Positions 40,639 to 52,346 are shown, counted from the stretch's first letter. The stretch: DNA of 64,000 nucleotides from Verrucomicrobiota bacterium (GCA_047947115.1 CP170459.1:3392001-3456000); one strand, 5' to 3'. Notes: generated by a model from the sequence alone, not told the origin. A program made the numbers and translations.

Positions 40639-43600
40639 GGGTCATTGCTTCGTCCAGATTGAAAATCATGTTGGCCATCCACATCAACGAGGCGTGTTGA
40701 ACCACATCAAGCGATGGGTGGGGCGTCTGTTGACCGATCGTCAGCAAGGCTCGGGCTTCTTCGGGGTTCGAACGGTAGTGAGCGTGCGTGTCCTGCCACT
40801 TTTTTTGAATGATGTCCCATTCCGCCCAAGAAAACGAACGGCTCAGAATGCGGTGCCCCATCGTTCGAAGTGCTTCCTGAGGCGTGGGTGATGTCCGGAG
40901 ACAATCCGCGGCGAGTGATTGGGATGCTTCAAGAACTGTTTCATCATTCAGCAGAGTCAATGCATGCAAGGGAGTATTGGTGCGGCGAACGCCCACTTCG
41001 CAAACCCGTCGTTGCGCCTGATCGAACAAAAAGGCGGGGGCGCTCGACCGTCGCCAGAAGGCATACACCATCCGTCGATATCGGGCGGTTCCGGGGCTGG
41101 GCACATAGGTGAATCTACCCATGAAAATGTCCTGCCAGATGCCGCTTGGTTGATAGGGTTTGACGGGTGGCCCGCCTTGAATTGGGTTCAATAAACCACC
41201 TGTTTTCAACACGGCGTCATGGAGCATCCAACTGGGCAGGCGGTGTCTGGGTGAGCGGCCCAGCAGTTTGTTGTAGGGATCCTTGTCCAGCCATTCCTGA
41301 TCCACATGGCTGCTTTGCTGATATGCTCGGCTGGTGACCATGAGGCGCAGCATGTGTTTGATGTCCCATCCGCTATCCACCAGCTCGACCGCAAGCCAAT
41401 CCAGAAGATCGGGGTGGGTGGGGTGTTCGCCTTGGAGACCGAAATCATCGGGTGTGCGTACAAGTCCCGCGCCGAACATGAGTTGCCAGAGGTGATTGAC
41501 GATTACCCGCGCGGTGAGTGGATGTTTTCCGGAAACCAACCATTTCGCCAGATCCAGACGTGTTGTTGGATTCGGGTTGGCAGCACCGCCCAGGGCGACG
41601 GGCAGACCGGGGCGGACGGTCTTTCCCTTTTGATCCCATACACCGCGCACCAGTATATGTGTTTCGCGTGGTTCCTCGCGGTCATCGAGCACCATGACTT
41701 TTTGTGGTTTGGCCGCGTTTTTGATCTCGTCGTAATAGGATCGGACCTGGTCATACCGTGGTTTCTCCTGTTGATAAGGCAGGTGATCGATGAGAAATTG
41801 TTGTTTGAGTCTTGCGCGCAGATCTTCTCCAATTGTCTTTGGTTCCTGAAGCTGAGCCTTGGCCAGAGCTTCCAAGGGCATGGGATCGAGCGACCGCACT
41901 GCCTGCCCGGGTTGGTTGGAAACGGATACCCTGAACTTCCCGGTATTGGCATCTCCTAATGTGGATCGATGCATCATCACGAAGATGATTTCTTCGTCGG
42001 CTTCCATGACCAATGGTTCTTTAAGGGCAAAAACAGCGATGTGTTTCGGGGGGAGATCGTCTCCGTGAGTGGTCCATCCATTGCGCGGGTCGTCGTCCAG
42101 GGTGTCCTTGATTTTGCCATACCGTTCTCCACCTTCGGGTTTGGCCTCAAAATCCGCGATGGCATTGTCCAGGGCAATTTCATGCATCAAACTGGCCCCG
42201 GTTTTCCGAACGAAGAGTTTGATGTTTGTGAGGATGAATTCACCGGATTGTCCGCGGCCGTAACGACCGTTTGAGGCATTTGAATCCGAAAACACTTCCA
42301 GGCGGATGCCTGTGATCCTTTCCAGATCAGGTTTGGCAACGATCTGGTAATCGTCCTGACGAGGATTGGGGCCCTGAGCGACGAGGATGCTTTCACGTTG
42401 GATACTGAACGCGGTTCCTTCGGCACTTTGGATGGACGATGGTTGAAGTGCATGCCAGGCTTTGAATCCGGTTGAAACTTCCTGCTTGCGGCTTTCTAGC
42501 CAGGTATTGAATGTGGGGGCAGCTCTTAGAATGACCTGATCAAGGCGCAGTTGTGCCTGCTTGAGCTGACGTTCGGCCGCATCGAGATGTGGGGTGATGT
42601 TGGGGGACTGATAATCCAGATAGGGCTTGGCGGCGGAACCCGCGCGTCCGTCTTCGTCGATATTGTTAAAAAAGGCGTTGAGTTGATAATACTCTTCCTG
42701 GGATAGCGGATCGAACTTGTGAGAGTGGCATTGGCTGCAATTCACCGTCATGCCCATCCAGAGCGTGCCGACTGTATTAACGCGGTCGATAACGTAATCA
42801 ATGCGTGACTCTTCCGGATCTCGGCCACCTTCGCCGTTGGTCATGTGATGGCGGTGGAAACTGGTTGCAAGGATTTGTTCCGGCGTCGCGTTGGGGAGCA
42901 GATCCCCCGCGAATTGCTCGATGGTGAATTGATCGAACGGCATGTTTGTGTTGAAAGCCTCGATCACCCAGTCCCGCCATGGCCAGTTGGAGCGGGTGGC
43001 GTCCTGCTGGTATCCATCTGTGTCGGCATATCGGGCCGCGTCCAACCACCACATGGCCATGCGCTCTCCATAATGGGGTGAATTCAAGAGGCGATCGATC
43101 TGGTCTTCTATCGCATTTGGCGAAGAATCTTGTTCGAAGGTTTCGACTTCCATGAGTGAAGGCGGCAGTCCTGTGAGATCAAATGAGAGACGTCTCAGAA
43201 GCGTATGTCGCGGAGTGGGGGATGCGAGTGTGCGTCCTTCGTCTTGCAGTCTGTGTTCGATAAATGCATCGATCGGATGTTCTGCCTTCGAAGGGAGTGA
43301 TGGACGGACGGGAGGTTCAAAGGCCCAATGCCTGCCCCAATCGGCTCCGGATGCAATCCATTCTTCAAGTGTTTTTATTTCCTGCTTCGTCAATGCCTTG
43401 TTGGAATCCGGCGGAGGCATCAGGTCATCAGGATCCAGAGTGCGAATGCGGCGGATCAACAGGCTTTCCTCCGGATTTCCTGGAAGAATGGCTGCTTGAC
43501 CTTCTTTGATGGCGAAAGCCTCTTCCTTTCGATCCAACCTCAAATCGGCTTCGCGGTGGCTGGGGTCCGGGCCGTGGCAGTAGAAGCATTTGTCGGACAA

Positions 43601-43729
43601 AATGGGGAGCACATCGCGAGCGAAGGAAATTTCGGCCGCCTCAGACACCATGATGCTGGTAGGGGAAAAGGCGCACCAGATCAGTGTAATGAGGGTCGTT
43701 TTCAGCTGTTGTTTCTTGTTCCAATCCAT
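40631..43729 (-). CDS. PSD1/planctomycete cytochrome c domain protein (DUF1549 + DUF1553)
   Basis: CFYCH, CSQCHSHKFDP, YGERMAMWWLDAARYADT, HPLTARVIVN, PTHPDLLDWLA. Confidence 0.93.
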
Positions 43730-43837
43730 GGGGCGTGGCCATCATATAGGACCTTCTCCGAAATGGAACCCGTAAATTCCTGCAAACTTACGTGTAAGCT
43801 GCTTGTCAGGACTCTTTCTTTCTCGTAGGTTCGAGTC

Positions 43838-45208
43838 ATGTTTGAGTCGTTATCCGGCAAGTTACAGGGTGTTTTTAAGGATTTAAGGGGATTGGGCAAG
43901 ATCAGCGAGTCCAATGTCTCGGAATCCCTTCGTGAGGTGCGTCTGGCGTTGTTGGATGCCGATGTCAATTTCAAGGTTGCCAAGCAGTTCATTGCTAACG
44001 TCAGGGAAAAGGCCATTGGCGAGAAGGTGATTCAAAGCATCCACCCTGGGCAGCAAATCATCAAGATCATCAACGACGAACTGGTGGAACTCCTTGGTTC
44101 ACAGAATGCCGAGCTGAAACTCGACGCCAAGCCTTCCAGCATGATGATGGTGGGGCTTCACGGGGCTGGTAAAACGACCTCCAGCGGCAAACTGGCCAAG
44201 TGGCTGATGAAACAGGGGCGAAAACCCCTCCTGGTGGCGGCCGACGTGTATCGTCCCGCCGCGATGGACCAGTTGGAGGCCTTGGGCAAGCAGATGAACA
44301 TTCCCACCGTGGTTCGGCGCGGCGAAAAGGATGTGCTCGTCATCGCCAGGGAGGCAAAAAGGGAGGCTGCCGAGCGCGAGTGTGACGTGTTGATTTTCGA
44401 TACAGCGGGGCGTCTTCAAATCGACGAGGTGCTGGTGCAGGAACTGGTAAGATTGCGTGACGATATCAAGCCTCAGGAAATCCTGCTGGTGCTCGATGCG
44501 GCAACTGGTCAGGAAGCGGTCAATGTGGCCACGCATTTCGATGAGGCGCTCGATATTTCCGGAGCCATTTTGACCAAACTCGACGGTGACGCACGCGGTG
44601 GAGCAGCCTTGAGTTTGAAATCCGTCACCGGAAAACCCATCAAATTTGCGGGTGCCGGTGAAAAGCTTGAGGATTTCGAACCGTTCCATCCTGAACGTAT
44701 GGCGACCCGCATTCTGGGGATGGGCGATGTGGTCAGTCTGGTGGAAAAAGCAGCGGAGAACGTCGATATGGACGAGGCCCGCAAGTTGGAAGAGAAAATG
44801 CGCAAGGGCGTGTTTACTCTGGACGATTTTCTCGATCAATTGCGCCAGATGAAACGCCTGGGACCGCTGGAATCCATCGTCAAAATGCTGCCCGGAGGGG
44901 CCGACATGGTCGGTGGTGCGGACTTGAGCAAGCATGAAAAGGAATTTCGACGCATGGAGGCAATGATCTGCGCGATGACTCCGGAAGAGCGCAACCGCCC
45001 TCAGATCCTGAATGCCAAACGCCGTCAACGTATTGCAAAGGGCAGCGGGGTGCGTGTGGCTGAGTTGAACAATCTGATGAATCGATTCGGTCAGATGCAG
45101 AAAATGATGCGCAAGATGGGTAAAATGCAGAAAATGATGGGCAAAATGGGTGGCAAAATGGCATCAAAAATGGCCGGTCGCATGGGGGCCGGTTTTCGCA
45201 TGCGTTAA
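43838..45208 (+). CDS. ffh: Signal recognition particle protein Ffh
   Basis: ALLDADVNF, GLHGAGKTT, DTAGR, TKLDGDARGG, Met-rich M domain with RIAKGSG. Confidence 0.98.
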   Translation: MFESLSGKLQGVFKDLRGLGKISESNVSESLREVRLALLDADVNFKVAKQFIANVREKAIGEKVIQSIHPGQQIIKIINDELVELLGSQNAELKLDAKPSSMMMVGLHGAGKTTSSGKLAKWLMKQGRKPLLVAADVYRPAAMDQLEALGKQMNIPTVVRRGEKDVLVIAREAKREAAERECDVLIFDTAGRLQIDEVLVQELVRLRDDIKPQEILLVLDAATGQEAVNVATHFDEALDISGAILTKLDGDARGGAALSLKSVTGKPIKFAGAGEKLEDFEPFHPERMATRILGMGDVVSLVEKAAENVDMDEARKLEEKMRKGVFTLDDFLDQLRQMKRLGPLESIVKMLPGGADMVGGADLSKHEKEFRRMEAMICAMTPEERNRPQILNAKRRQRIAKGSGVRVAELNNLMNRFGQMQKMMRKMGKMQKMMGKMGGKMASKMAGRMGAGFRMR

Positions 45209-45250
45209 GGCTTCGACTTGTGCCGGGAGGATTTTGATATAGGTTGAGGC

Positions 45251-45508
45251 ATGACTCTCGAAACCGTATTCTCAAGTTTTAGTTCCGCCGAAGCTCAGAT
45301 GATTGCCGCTCGTCTGGAGACCGCCGGTTTTCATCCGACAGTCACCGATGAAATTGCTTCGATGAGCATGGATGGGTATTCCATGGCCACAGGCGGGATT
45401 CGCATCAAGGTTCCGCACAAAGAAAAAAAAGGCGCCCGTGGTTTGGTGGAGAGTCTGCTCTCGGAGGAATCCACCGAAACGGATCAGGTCCCTTTATCGA
45501 AGGAATGA
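45251..45508 (+). CDS. DUF2007-like small protein
   Basis: EAQMIAARLETAG...GGIRIKVP...ARGLV pattern. Confidence 0.7.
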   Translation: MTLETVFSSFSSAEAQMIAARLETAGFHPTVTDEIASMSMDGYSMATGGIRIKVPHKEKKGARGLVESLLSEESTETDQVPLSKE

Positions 45509-46893
45509 GTCACCCAAATTTTCAATCCCTTCAAAAAGAACTCAAACGCGGCGAGCTGTACATGGACGCGGCGACGCTGGAAGCTTATTCCGGCGACAAA
45601 TGGTTTGCCGTGGCCCAGCCCGAGGCGGTGGCGTTTCCTCGAAGCACCGAGTCGGTTTCAAAAATCCTGAAATGGGCGAACAAGCACCAGATTCCCGCCA
45701 CGGCGCGGGGGGCGGGGCATGGTTATGTGGGGGGCTGTGTTCCTGTGCGTCGTGGTATCGTGATCTCGCTGGAAAAAATGAATCGCATCCGGGAGATTCA
45801 TGAAACCGATTTTGTGGCGGTGGTGCAGGCAGGCGTGATCACCGCCGATCTTCAGTCCAAGGCCGAGGAAAAGCGTTTGTGCTACCCGCCTGATCCGGCA
45901 AGCCGTGCCCATTGCAGTATCGGTGGCAACATCGCCACCAATGCCGGTGGACCACGTTGCCTGAAATACGGAGTGACCCGCGACTATCTGCTGGGTGCTG
46001 AAGTGGTGCTTGCGGATGGAACCGTTGTTCATACCGGCGGACGTACTCACAAAAACAAAACCGGATTTGATTTACATCGCTTGTTTGTCGGTTCGGAGGG
46101 TTTGCTTGGTATTGTGACCGAGGCCACCTTGAAACTCATTCCATTACCTCCTTATCGCGCCGCTTTGTCGATTGGTGTGGAAAGCACCGCAATGGCGGCG
46201 CGTATCCTTGGTAAGGTGTTTCAGGCGGGGTTTCTGCCCAGTGCTTTGGAGATCGCCGATCATTTCACCCTTCAAGCCGCCATGAAACGGACTGGGAGTT
46301 ACATGTTCGAAGGGTGTGAAGCCCACCTCATTATCGAGCTGGACGGACAGGAATCGTCCGTTCGATCCGAGCTGCGAACCCTGACCCAACTCATCCAGGA
46401 GGAAAACCCCAACTTCATCAAAAAGGGGCTTGGCAATGAAGGGTGCGAACAGATCTGGCAGATTCGGCGTGAGTTTTCTTACGCCCTGCGCGATACCGGG
46501 CTTACGAAATTGAACGAAGACATCGTGGTCCCTCGTAGCCGATTGGAGGAGTTGTTCAAGTTTGCAGAGCGCTTGCAGAGAAAGTTTGGCATTCCTGTGG
46601 CATGTTTCGGGCATGCCGGAGACGGGAATATTCACGTCAATGTCATGATTGATCAATCAGATCCACAACAGGAGGAACAGGGCCGAAAGGTGTTGGATGC
46701 GTTGTTTGCTCAGGTTCTGAAATGGAAGGGGGCGATCACCGGTGAGCATGGTGTGGGATTGGCTAAAATGCCCTGGCTGGATCTGGCTTTATCGCCTGAG
46801 AATCTGAAGCTGCACCAGACCTTGAAAGCGGCTTTGGATCCCAATGGTATTCTGAATCCTGGCAAGTTCGTGCCTGAGCCCGGAGGAAGGTAA
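45505..46893 (+). CDS. FAD-linked oxidase, GlcD/D-2-hydroxyacid dehydrogenase-like
   Basis: RGAGHG, PPDPAS, IGGNIATNAGG, GSEGLLG, FGHAGDGNIH, TGEHGVG, LDPNGILNPGK. Confidence 0.92.
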   Translation: MSHPNFQSLQKELKRGELYMDAATLEAYSGDKWFAVAQPEAVAFPRSTESVSKILKWANKHQIPATARGAGHGYVGGCVPVRRGIVISLEKMNRIREIHETDFVAVVQAGVITADLQSKAEEKRLCYPPDPASRAHCSIGGNIATNAGGPRCLKYGVTRDYLLGAEVVLADGTVVHTGGRTHKNKTGFDLHRLFVGSEGLLGIVTEATLKLIPLPPYRAALSIGVESTAMAARILGKVFQAGFLPSALEIADHFTLQAAMKRTGSYMFEGCEAHLIIELDGQESSVRSELRTLTQLIQEENPNFIKKGLGNEGCEQIWQIRREFSYALRDTGLTKLNEDIVVPRSRLEELFKFAERLQRKFGIPVACFGHAGDGNIHVNVMIDQSDPQQEEQGRKVLDALFAQVLKWKGAITGEHGVGLAKMPWLDLALSPENLKLHQTLKAALDPNGILNPGKFVPEPGGR

Positions 46894-47148
46894 CGATTTG
46901 TTTTACACGCGCAGACACGGAGTTGCCGGGTGGGGGAAGAATGCAATGTCACAGACTTGCCACTTGGACGGCTGTTCTACGTTGGGAAGCCACGAGGAGC
47001 TTCGATTCTTCCTTGTTGTTCCAACGACTGATTTCCTTTGCCTCAGTGGCTGCATGAGGCTAGCATGGTTGCATCAATCACCCGAAGACACACCCACAAC
47101 ATGGTGAGTCCGCTTGTGGTGATGGGATTGAAAGTCCAATTGTTCAAG

Positions 47149-50130
47149 ATGATGCAACATATCAGTGATTTTCCCATTCAAAGAAAGGCACGCCTGAGCT
47201 GGTTGACCGGACGGCTTGGTGTGGCCTTTTGCCTGACGCTTTCTGCCGATGATGTTCCAGCGTTTTCCGATCAGGATATTCAATTCTTTGAACGTCGCAT
47301 CCGCCCCGTTTTGGCCGAGTCCTGCTACAGATGCCACAGTCATCAATCGGAAAAGCTGAAGGGTGGGCTTTTACTCGATTCTCGCCAAGGCTTTCTCCAT
47401 GGAGGTGATTCAGGTAGCTCCATCGATTTGGGGCAGCCTGAACGCAGCAGCCTGCTGGAAGCGATTCGGTATCAGAACGTCGATCTGCAGATGCCCCCCA
47501 AAACCAAGCTGAAAGATGAACAGATTCGTGATTTTGAAACCTGGGTCGCGAAAGGATTGCCTTGGCCGGACGAACCTGAACCCACCAAGTCTTCCAGTGA
47601 AAAGGACGAATTTGATCTGGAAGAGCGCAAGGCGCAACATTGGGTCTGGAACCCTCCGGTGCGGCATGCCTTGCCGGATGTGAAAGCCGAGACTTGGGTC
47701 AAACAACCCATTGATCGTTTTCTGCTCAACCGGATGGAACGTGAAGGCATTGAACCGGCTTTCCCTGCGGATCAACGCACGCTTCTTCGTCGAACGTATC
47801 TGATTCTTACAGGATTGCTGCCGTCTCCTGACCAAGTGGACGCATTTCTAGCCGACCAGGATGAAAATGCTTATGACAAAGTGGTCGATCGCCTGTTGGA
47901 TTCGGTTGCGTTTGGTGAACGTTGGGCACGTCATTGGCTGGATCTGGTCCGGTATGCGGAGACGATGGGACATGAATTCGATTATGAAATTCCCAACGCA
48001 TGGCGTTATCGGGACTATGTGATCCGGGCGTTCAATGAAGATGTGCCTTTCAATCAGTTCGCAATGGAACATATCGCTGGAGATTTATTGGAAAAACCAA
48101 GACGAAGGACCGATACGGGCGAAAATGAATCGGTGATTGGAACCGGCTTTTATTGGCTGGGGCAGCAGGTGCATTCTCCGGTGGACATTCGCATGAATCA
48201 ACTGGATGTCCTGGACAACCAGATCGATGTGTTGAGCAAAACCTTTCAGGCTCTGACGGTGACCTGTGCCAGGTGCCACGACCACAAATTCGATGCCATC
48301 ACCACCCAGGATTTTTACGGATTGTTTGGAGTATTGAAGAGTTCCCGTTATCAGCAAACGACATTATCCCCATCAGATCGCATCGAGCCACATCTGGATA
48401 CGCTTCATACCTTGCAATCCGAAGCCCGCGGCCTGCTTCAAAACGCCGGGTTGCTTTCGGTTGATACTGGTTTGGAAACTGGCGGTTTTGATTCGGATAT
48501 TCAGGTGTTGGGCGATATGCGCCTGGGACGGTTTGCGGATTGGCTGTTTGATGACGAAGCGCTTAAGAACGATCCATTCGTAAAGCCGGGTGACCTGGTC
48601 AGTCGCCCCGGAGAACATGCGGTCAAAGTGGCGACTCGTGAGTCGATTGATTCCGCCAAATGGTCGACTCAATTGCAAGGGTCTCTGCGGTCCCCGACCT
48701 TTGACATCAAGCACCGCTACCTGCATGTGCTTGCTGCCGGGCATCAATCGCGTGTGAATGTGGTCATCGATAATTTCAACCTCATACGCGCGCCGATTTA
48801 CGGCGGGCTGAAAAAGAATCTCGATAAAGAGGAAGCTGAATGGAAAACGTTCGATCTCGATATGTGGGGGGGGCACGAAGCCTATGTGGAACTTAAGGAT
48901 ACGGTTCATGCTGACCTGTCCGGAGGCGGCGCGCATGGCGCTGATGCATGGTTTTCTGTTGAATCGGTCGTGGCATCCGCTGATTCGAAACCTCCGGGCA
49001 GGGTTCAGGCAGACTTCAAACTGGAGGCATCCAATCAGCCCGATACACTCGCTGCTCTCATGGAGAAATACGGTCAGGTGGCTCGTGAAATATCCATTGC
49101 CCCGGTAGCGGTCTCCATGACCGATGGCAATGGGGTGGATGAGTCTGTCTTTATCAGAGGGAACCCCAAGCGACTTGGTGATCCCGTCAGGCGAGGTTTT
49201 ATTTCTGCATTGAAGGATGTTGATCATGCACCGCAGGGGTCCGGCCGCCTCGATCTTGCCAGGCATATCACTTCACCCGACAACCCCCTTACCGCTCGTG
49301 TTTACGTCAATCGGGTATGGCACCATCTTTTTGGTCAGGGCATTGTTCCGACGGTGGATGATTTCGGTGTGTTGGGGCAACGGCCAAGTCATCCGGAATT
49401 GTTGGATTGGTTGGCTGTCTGGTTCATGAATGAAGGGCGATGGTCGACCAAGAAACTGGTCCGAATGCTGGTTCTTTCGAGTGCGTTTCAAATGGATTCC
49501 GTTGCTGGGAATCCCGAAATGGATCAAAAGGACGCCGGCAATGTGCTGCTGCACAAAATGCGCGTGCGAAGGTTGGAAGGCGAATCGATCCGTGATGCCA
49601 TCCTGAAAGTTTCGGGTCGATTGGATCCAACTCCATTCGGACCTTCCGAGAAGATTCACCTGACCTCTTTCATGACGGGGCGAGGACGTCCGGGTAAAAG
49701 TGGCGAGTTGGATGGCGGACGCCGGCGCAGCATTTATGTGGAAGTGCGGCGTAATTTCCTTTCTCCTTTTCTGACCACATTTGACACCCCGATTCCATTC
49801 ACAACCTTTGGGCGTCGCGCCCAATCCAATGTTCCGGCCCAGTCTTTGATTTTGATGAATGATCCGTTTGTGCTGCAACAATCTGAAGCCTGGGCAGAGC
49901 GAGTCATCGCCATGGAAGGCTCCTTTGCTTCGAAATTGACTTACATGTATGAAACGGCCTTGGGAAGGCTGCCGACTTCCAGAGAGATGGAAGCCGCCCG
50001 AGAATTTGTGGTGGGGCAGCAATCCGACATGGCCACTGGTAAACAGGATGCCGGTGAGGTCGAGAAGCGTTTGTGGACGGATCTTTGTCACGTAATTTTC
50101 AATATCAAAGAGTTCATTTATATTCATTAA
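47149..50130 (+). CDS. PSD1/planctomycete cytochrome c domain protein (DUF1549 + DUF1553)
   Basis: FFERRIRPVL, CYRCH, CARCHDHKFD, FGERWARHWLD, PSHPELLDWLA. Start uncertain. Confidence 0.92.
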   Translation: MMQHISDFPIQRKARLSWLTGRLGVAFCLTLSADDVPAFSDQDIQFFERRIRPVLAESCYRCHSHQSEKLKGGLLLDSRQGFLHGGDSGSSIDLGQPERSSLLEAIRYQNVDLQMPPKTKLKDEQIRDFETWVAKGLPWPDEPEPTKSSSEKDEFDLEERKAQHWVWNPPVRHALPDVKAETWVKQPIDRFLLNRMEREGIEPAFPADQRTLLRRTYLILTGLLPSPDQVDAFLADQDENAYDKVVDRLLDSVAFGERWARHWLDLVRYAETMGHEFDYEIPNAWRYRDYVIRAFNEDVPFNQFAMEHIAGDLLEKPRRRTDTGENESVIGTGFYWLGQQVHSPVDIRMNQLDVLDNQIDVLSKTFQALTVTCARCHDHKFDAITTQDFYGLFGVLKSSRYQQTTLSPSDRIEPHLDTLHTLQSEARGLLQNAGLLSVDTGLETGGFDSDIQVLGDMRLGRFADWLFDDEALKNDPFVKPGDLVSRPGEHAVKVATRESIDSAKWSTQLQGSLRSPTFDIKHRYLHVLAAGHQSRVNVVIDNFNLIRAPIYGGLKKNLDKEEAEWKTFDLDMWGGHEAYVELKDTVHADLSGGGAHGADAWFSVESVVASADSKPPGRVQADFKLEASNQPDTLAALMEKYGQVAREISIAPVAVSMTDGNGVDESVFIRGNPKRLGDPVRRGFISALKDVDHAPQGSGRLDLARHITSPDNPLTARVYVNRVWHHLFGQGIVPTVDDFGVLGQRPSHPELLDWLAVWFMNEGRWSTKKLVRMLVLSSAFQMDSVAGNPEMDQKDAGNVLLHKMRVRRLEGESIRDAILKVSGRLDPTPFGPSEKIHLTSFMTGRGRPGKSGELDGGRRRSIYVEVRRNFLSPFLTTFDTPIPFTTFGRRAQSNVPAQSLILMNDPFVLQQSEAWAERVIAMEGSFASKLTYMYETALGRLPTSREMEAAREFVVGQQSDMATGKQDAGEVEKRLWTDLCHVIFNIKEFIYIH

Positions 50131-50135
50131 TCATC

Positions 50136-51584
50136 ATGTATCCCTGCGGAAAATTTTCTCGAAAACACATGACGCGACGTGATGCTTTGAGTCGGGTGGC
50201 ACATGGATTCGGTGCTGTTGCTCTCACATCCTTGCTTCAAAACAAGTCTCTCGCGTCATCGGGCTTTTCTGCCGCGGTGGTTGATCCATTGCGCCCGTTG
50301 ACGGTGAAACGTCCGCATTTCCCCCCCAAAGCGAAGCGGGTTATCATGCTTTACATGGACGGAGGCCCATCCCAGATGGACACATTCGATCCCAAACCCA
50401 GGTTGACCGCGGATCATGGCAAGCCTTTTGCCATGAAAATGGAGCCCACCCAGTTCAACAACAACGGCAATACCTTTGGCTCGCCCTGGACCTTCAAACA
50501 GTATGGTCAAAGCGGCATGCCGGTCAGTGAATTGTTTCCACACGTTTCCGGTTGTGTGGATGACATGTGCTTCGTGCGGTCCATGGTTTCCGAATTTTCC
50601 GAGCACACCAATGCCAACTACTTTCTTCACACCGGACTGGGGCTGAGTGGACGTCCCAGCGCGGGCGCGTGGGTGACTTATGGATTGGGGAGCGAAAATG
50701 AGAATCTGCCTGGTTTTGTTGTGCTCAACGGCGGGTTAACCCCTCCGGGTGGTTTGGATAATTTTTCCAGCGGTTTTCTTCCTTCGGCTTATCAAGGGTC
50801 TGTGTTTCGGCCCGAGAACCCACCTGTTGCGAATATCAATCCGACCGAAGCGAAGGCCTCTTTACAACAGCGCAAACTTGGTTTGCTGGAGCAACTCGAT
50901 CAGGTTTCTTTGGAACAGCTGGGACATGCCGAACCGGTGGAATCCGCGATTGCCAACTATGAACTCGCCTTTCGGATGCAATCCGCCGTCCCGGAACTCA
51001 TGGACATCAGCGGCGAAACCGAAACAACACGCCGGATGTATGGTTTGGAATCCGAATACAAACCCACACAAATTTTTGGGACCGAGTGTCTGTTGGCGCG
51101 TCGTTTGGTGGAACGCGGCGTGCGCTTTATCGAATTGACCTGTCCGCAAGTCGGCGGAGATCGCTGGGATCAACACGGCGGTTTGAAATCCGGACACACC
51201 AACAACGCGCGAGCGGTCGATCAACCCATTGCAGCCTTGTTAAAAGATCTGAAGGGCAGGGGATTGCTGGACGAAACCCTGGTCATCTGGGCGGGTGAAT
51301 TTGGTCGTACGCCGTTTTCACAAGGTTCCGATGGACGTGATCATAACCCGTTTGGATTCACCATCTGGATGGCAGGGGGCGGCGTCAAAGGCGGAGTTGC
51401 CTATGGTGCTACGGATGAATTTGGCTATAAAGCAGTGGAAAACCGAGTGGAGATCTACGATCTGCATGCCACGATGTTACACCTGCTGGGCATGAACCAT
51501 GAACATTTGACCTTCCGGTTTGGGGGGCGCGACATGCGTCTCACCGATGTGCATGGGCAGGTGCTGCATGAGGTATTGGTCTAG
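50136..51584 (+). CDS. DUF1501 family protein
   Basis: TRRDAL, KAKRVIMLYMDGGPSQMDTFDPKP, LLARRLVERGVRF, GEFGRTP, GRDHNP. Confidence 0.93.
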   Translation: MYPCGKFSRKHMTRRDALSRVAHGFGAVALTSLLQNKSLASSGFSAAVVDPLRPLTVKRPHFPPKAKRVIMLYMDGGPSQMDTFDPKPRLTADHGKPFAMKMEPTQFNNNGNTFGSPWTFKQYGQSGMPVSELFPHVSGCVDDMCFVRSMVSEFSEHTNANYFLHTGLGLSGRPSAGAWVTYGLGSENENLPGFVVLNGGLTPPGGLDNFSSGFLPSAYQGSVFRPENPPVANINPTEAKASLQQRKLGLLEQLDQVSLEQLGHAEPVESAIANYELAFRMQSAVPELMDISGETETTRRMYGLESEYKPTQIFGTECLLARRLVERGVRFIELTCPQVGGDRWDQHGGLKSGHTNNARAVDQPIAALLKDLKGRGLLDETLVIWAGEFGRTPFSQGSDGRDHNPFGFTIWMAGGGVKGGVAYGATDEFGYKAVENRVEIYDLHATMLHLLGMNHEHLTFRFGGRDMRLTDVHGQVLHEVLV

Positions 51585-51585
51585 G

Positions 51586-52020
51586 CTAATCAACAGGATT
51601 CCACACTGACCGGAAACCTAGTTGTTCGAAGTCCTTCACATTGGCCGTTACAAATTCATCGACCCCGTGGTATTGGAGCGTCAATGCTAGTCTTACATCG
51701 AAAATCCTCCTTTGGGCAAACTGGGTGCCTGAAGCATATTCCCAAACCTTATCCATGACAGGGGCATATTCGATACGGGATACATTTTGGAATTGCCAGT
51801 AAGATTTTACAATTTCGGTTGCCTTTCTAGGGGTAAGGGGATGTCTCATGACCACTTGGTTTCGGAGATTGTTATATAATTCCACTAGCACGTAGTCGGC
51901 TATGGCGATGCGCCGAGTGCGGTCTCCAAGGCATTGATTCAAAAATTGGACAGCTGGGACATGAAATTTGGAGGATGGGTTCAGGGAGTAGAGCAAAATG
52001 TTTGTGTCGATGCCGATCAT
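51586..52020 (-). CDS. vapC: PIN-domain (VapC-type) toxin
   Basis: IDTNILLY, VLVE, IFD, TANVKDF acidic PIN residues; 144 aa. Confidence 0.88.
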   Translation of the reverse strand: MIGIDTNILLYSLNPSSKFHVPAVQFLNQCLGDRTRRIAIADYVLVELYNNLRNQVVMRHPLTPRKATEIVKSYWQFQNVSRIEYAPVMDKVWEYASGTQFAQRRIFDVRLALTLQYHGVDEFVTANVKDFEQLGFRSVWNPVD

Positions 52021-52026
52021 ACTGAG

Positions 52027-52275
52027 TTAATGGATGGGCTTGATCTCATCTTGAAATGCCAAGTCCTTGAAATCCAAGGTGTCAAAATTTTTAGCAAAAT
52101 GATCTGCTCGTATCAGCGGAAGTTTCACACTCTTGTTTGGAATTGGGGGATGTGTGCGACTCATATACTCCAGTCCCCTTCGCATGACTTCCGCAAATGA
52201 AATCTCTCGTTCCTTGGCAATTCGTTTGGCCTGAGCGTAGAGATCTTCGGGAATTTGTACCTGTGTTTTAACCAT
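52027..52275 (-). CDS. vapB: Ribbon-helix-helix antitoxin (VapB-type)
   Basis: MVKTQVQIPEDLYAQAKRIAKEREISFAEVMRRGL; lies directly upstream of the PIN gene. Confidence 0.82.
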   Translation of the reverse strand: MVKTQVQIPEDLYAQAKRIAKEREISFAEVMRRGLEYMSRTHPPIPNKSVKLPLIRADHFAKNFDTLDFKDLAFQDEIKPIH

Positions 52276-52310
52276 GATGGCAAATTGCCATTATGGTGAT
52301 AGGTTGTCAA
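52271..52310 (-). promoter_or_regulatory. Putative vapBC promoter/operator
   Basis: Inverted repeat ACCATGATGGCAA-a-TTGCCATTATGGT (12/13 match, 52271-52297) covers the start codon. TTGACA on the minus strand at 52310-52305. Confidence 0.7.
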
Positions 52311-52346
52311 TAATTGGTTTGGGTATCGGTTATTAGATTGACTTAT

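Noticed and set aside
45095..45205. Repeated CAGAAAATGATG/AAAATGG sequence at the end of ffh
   Set aside because: Encodes the ordinary Met/Lys/Gly-rich Ffh tail.
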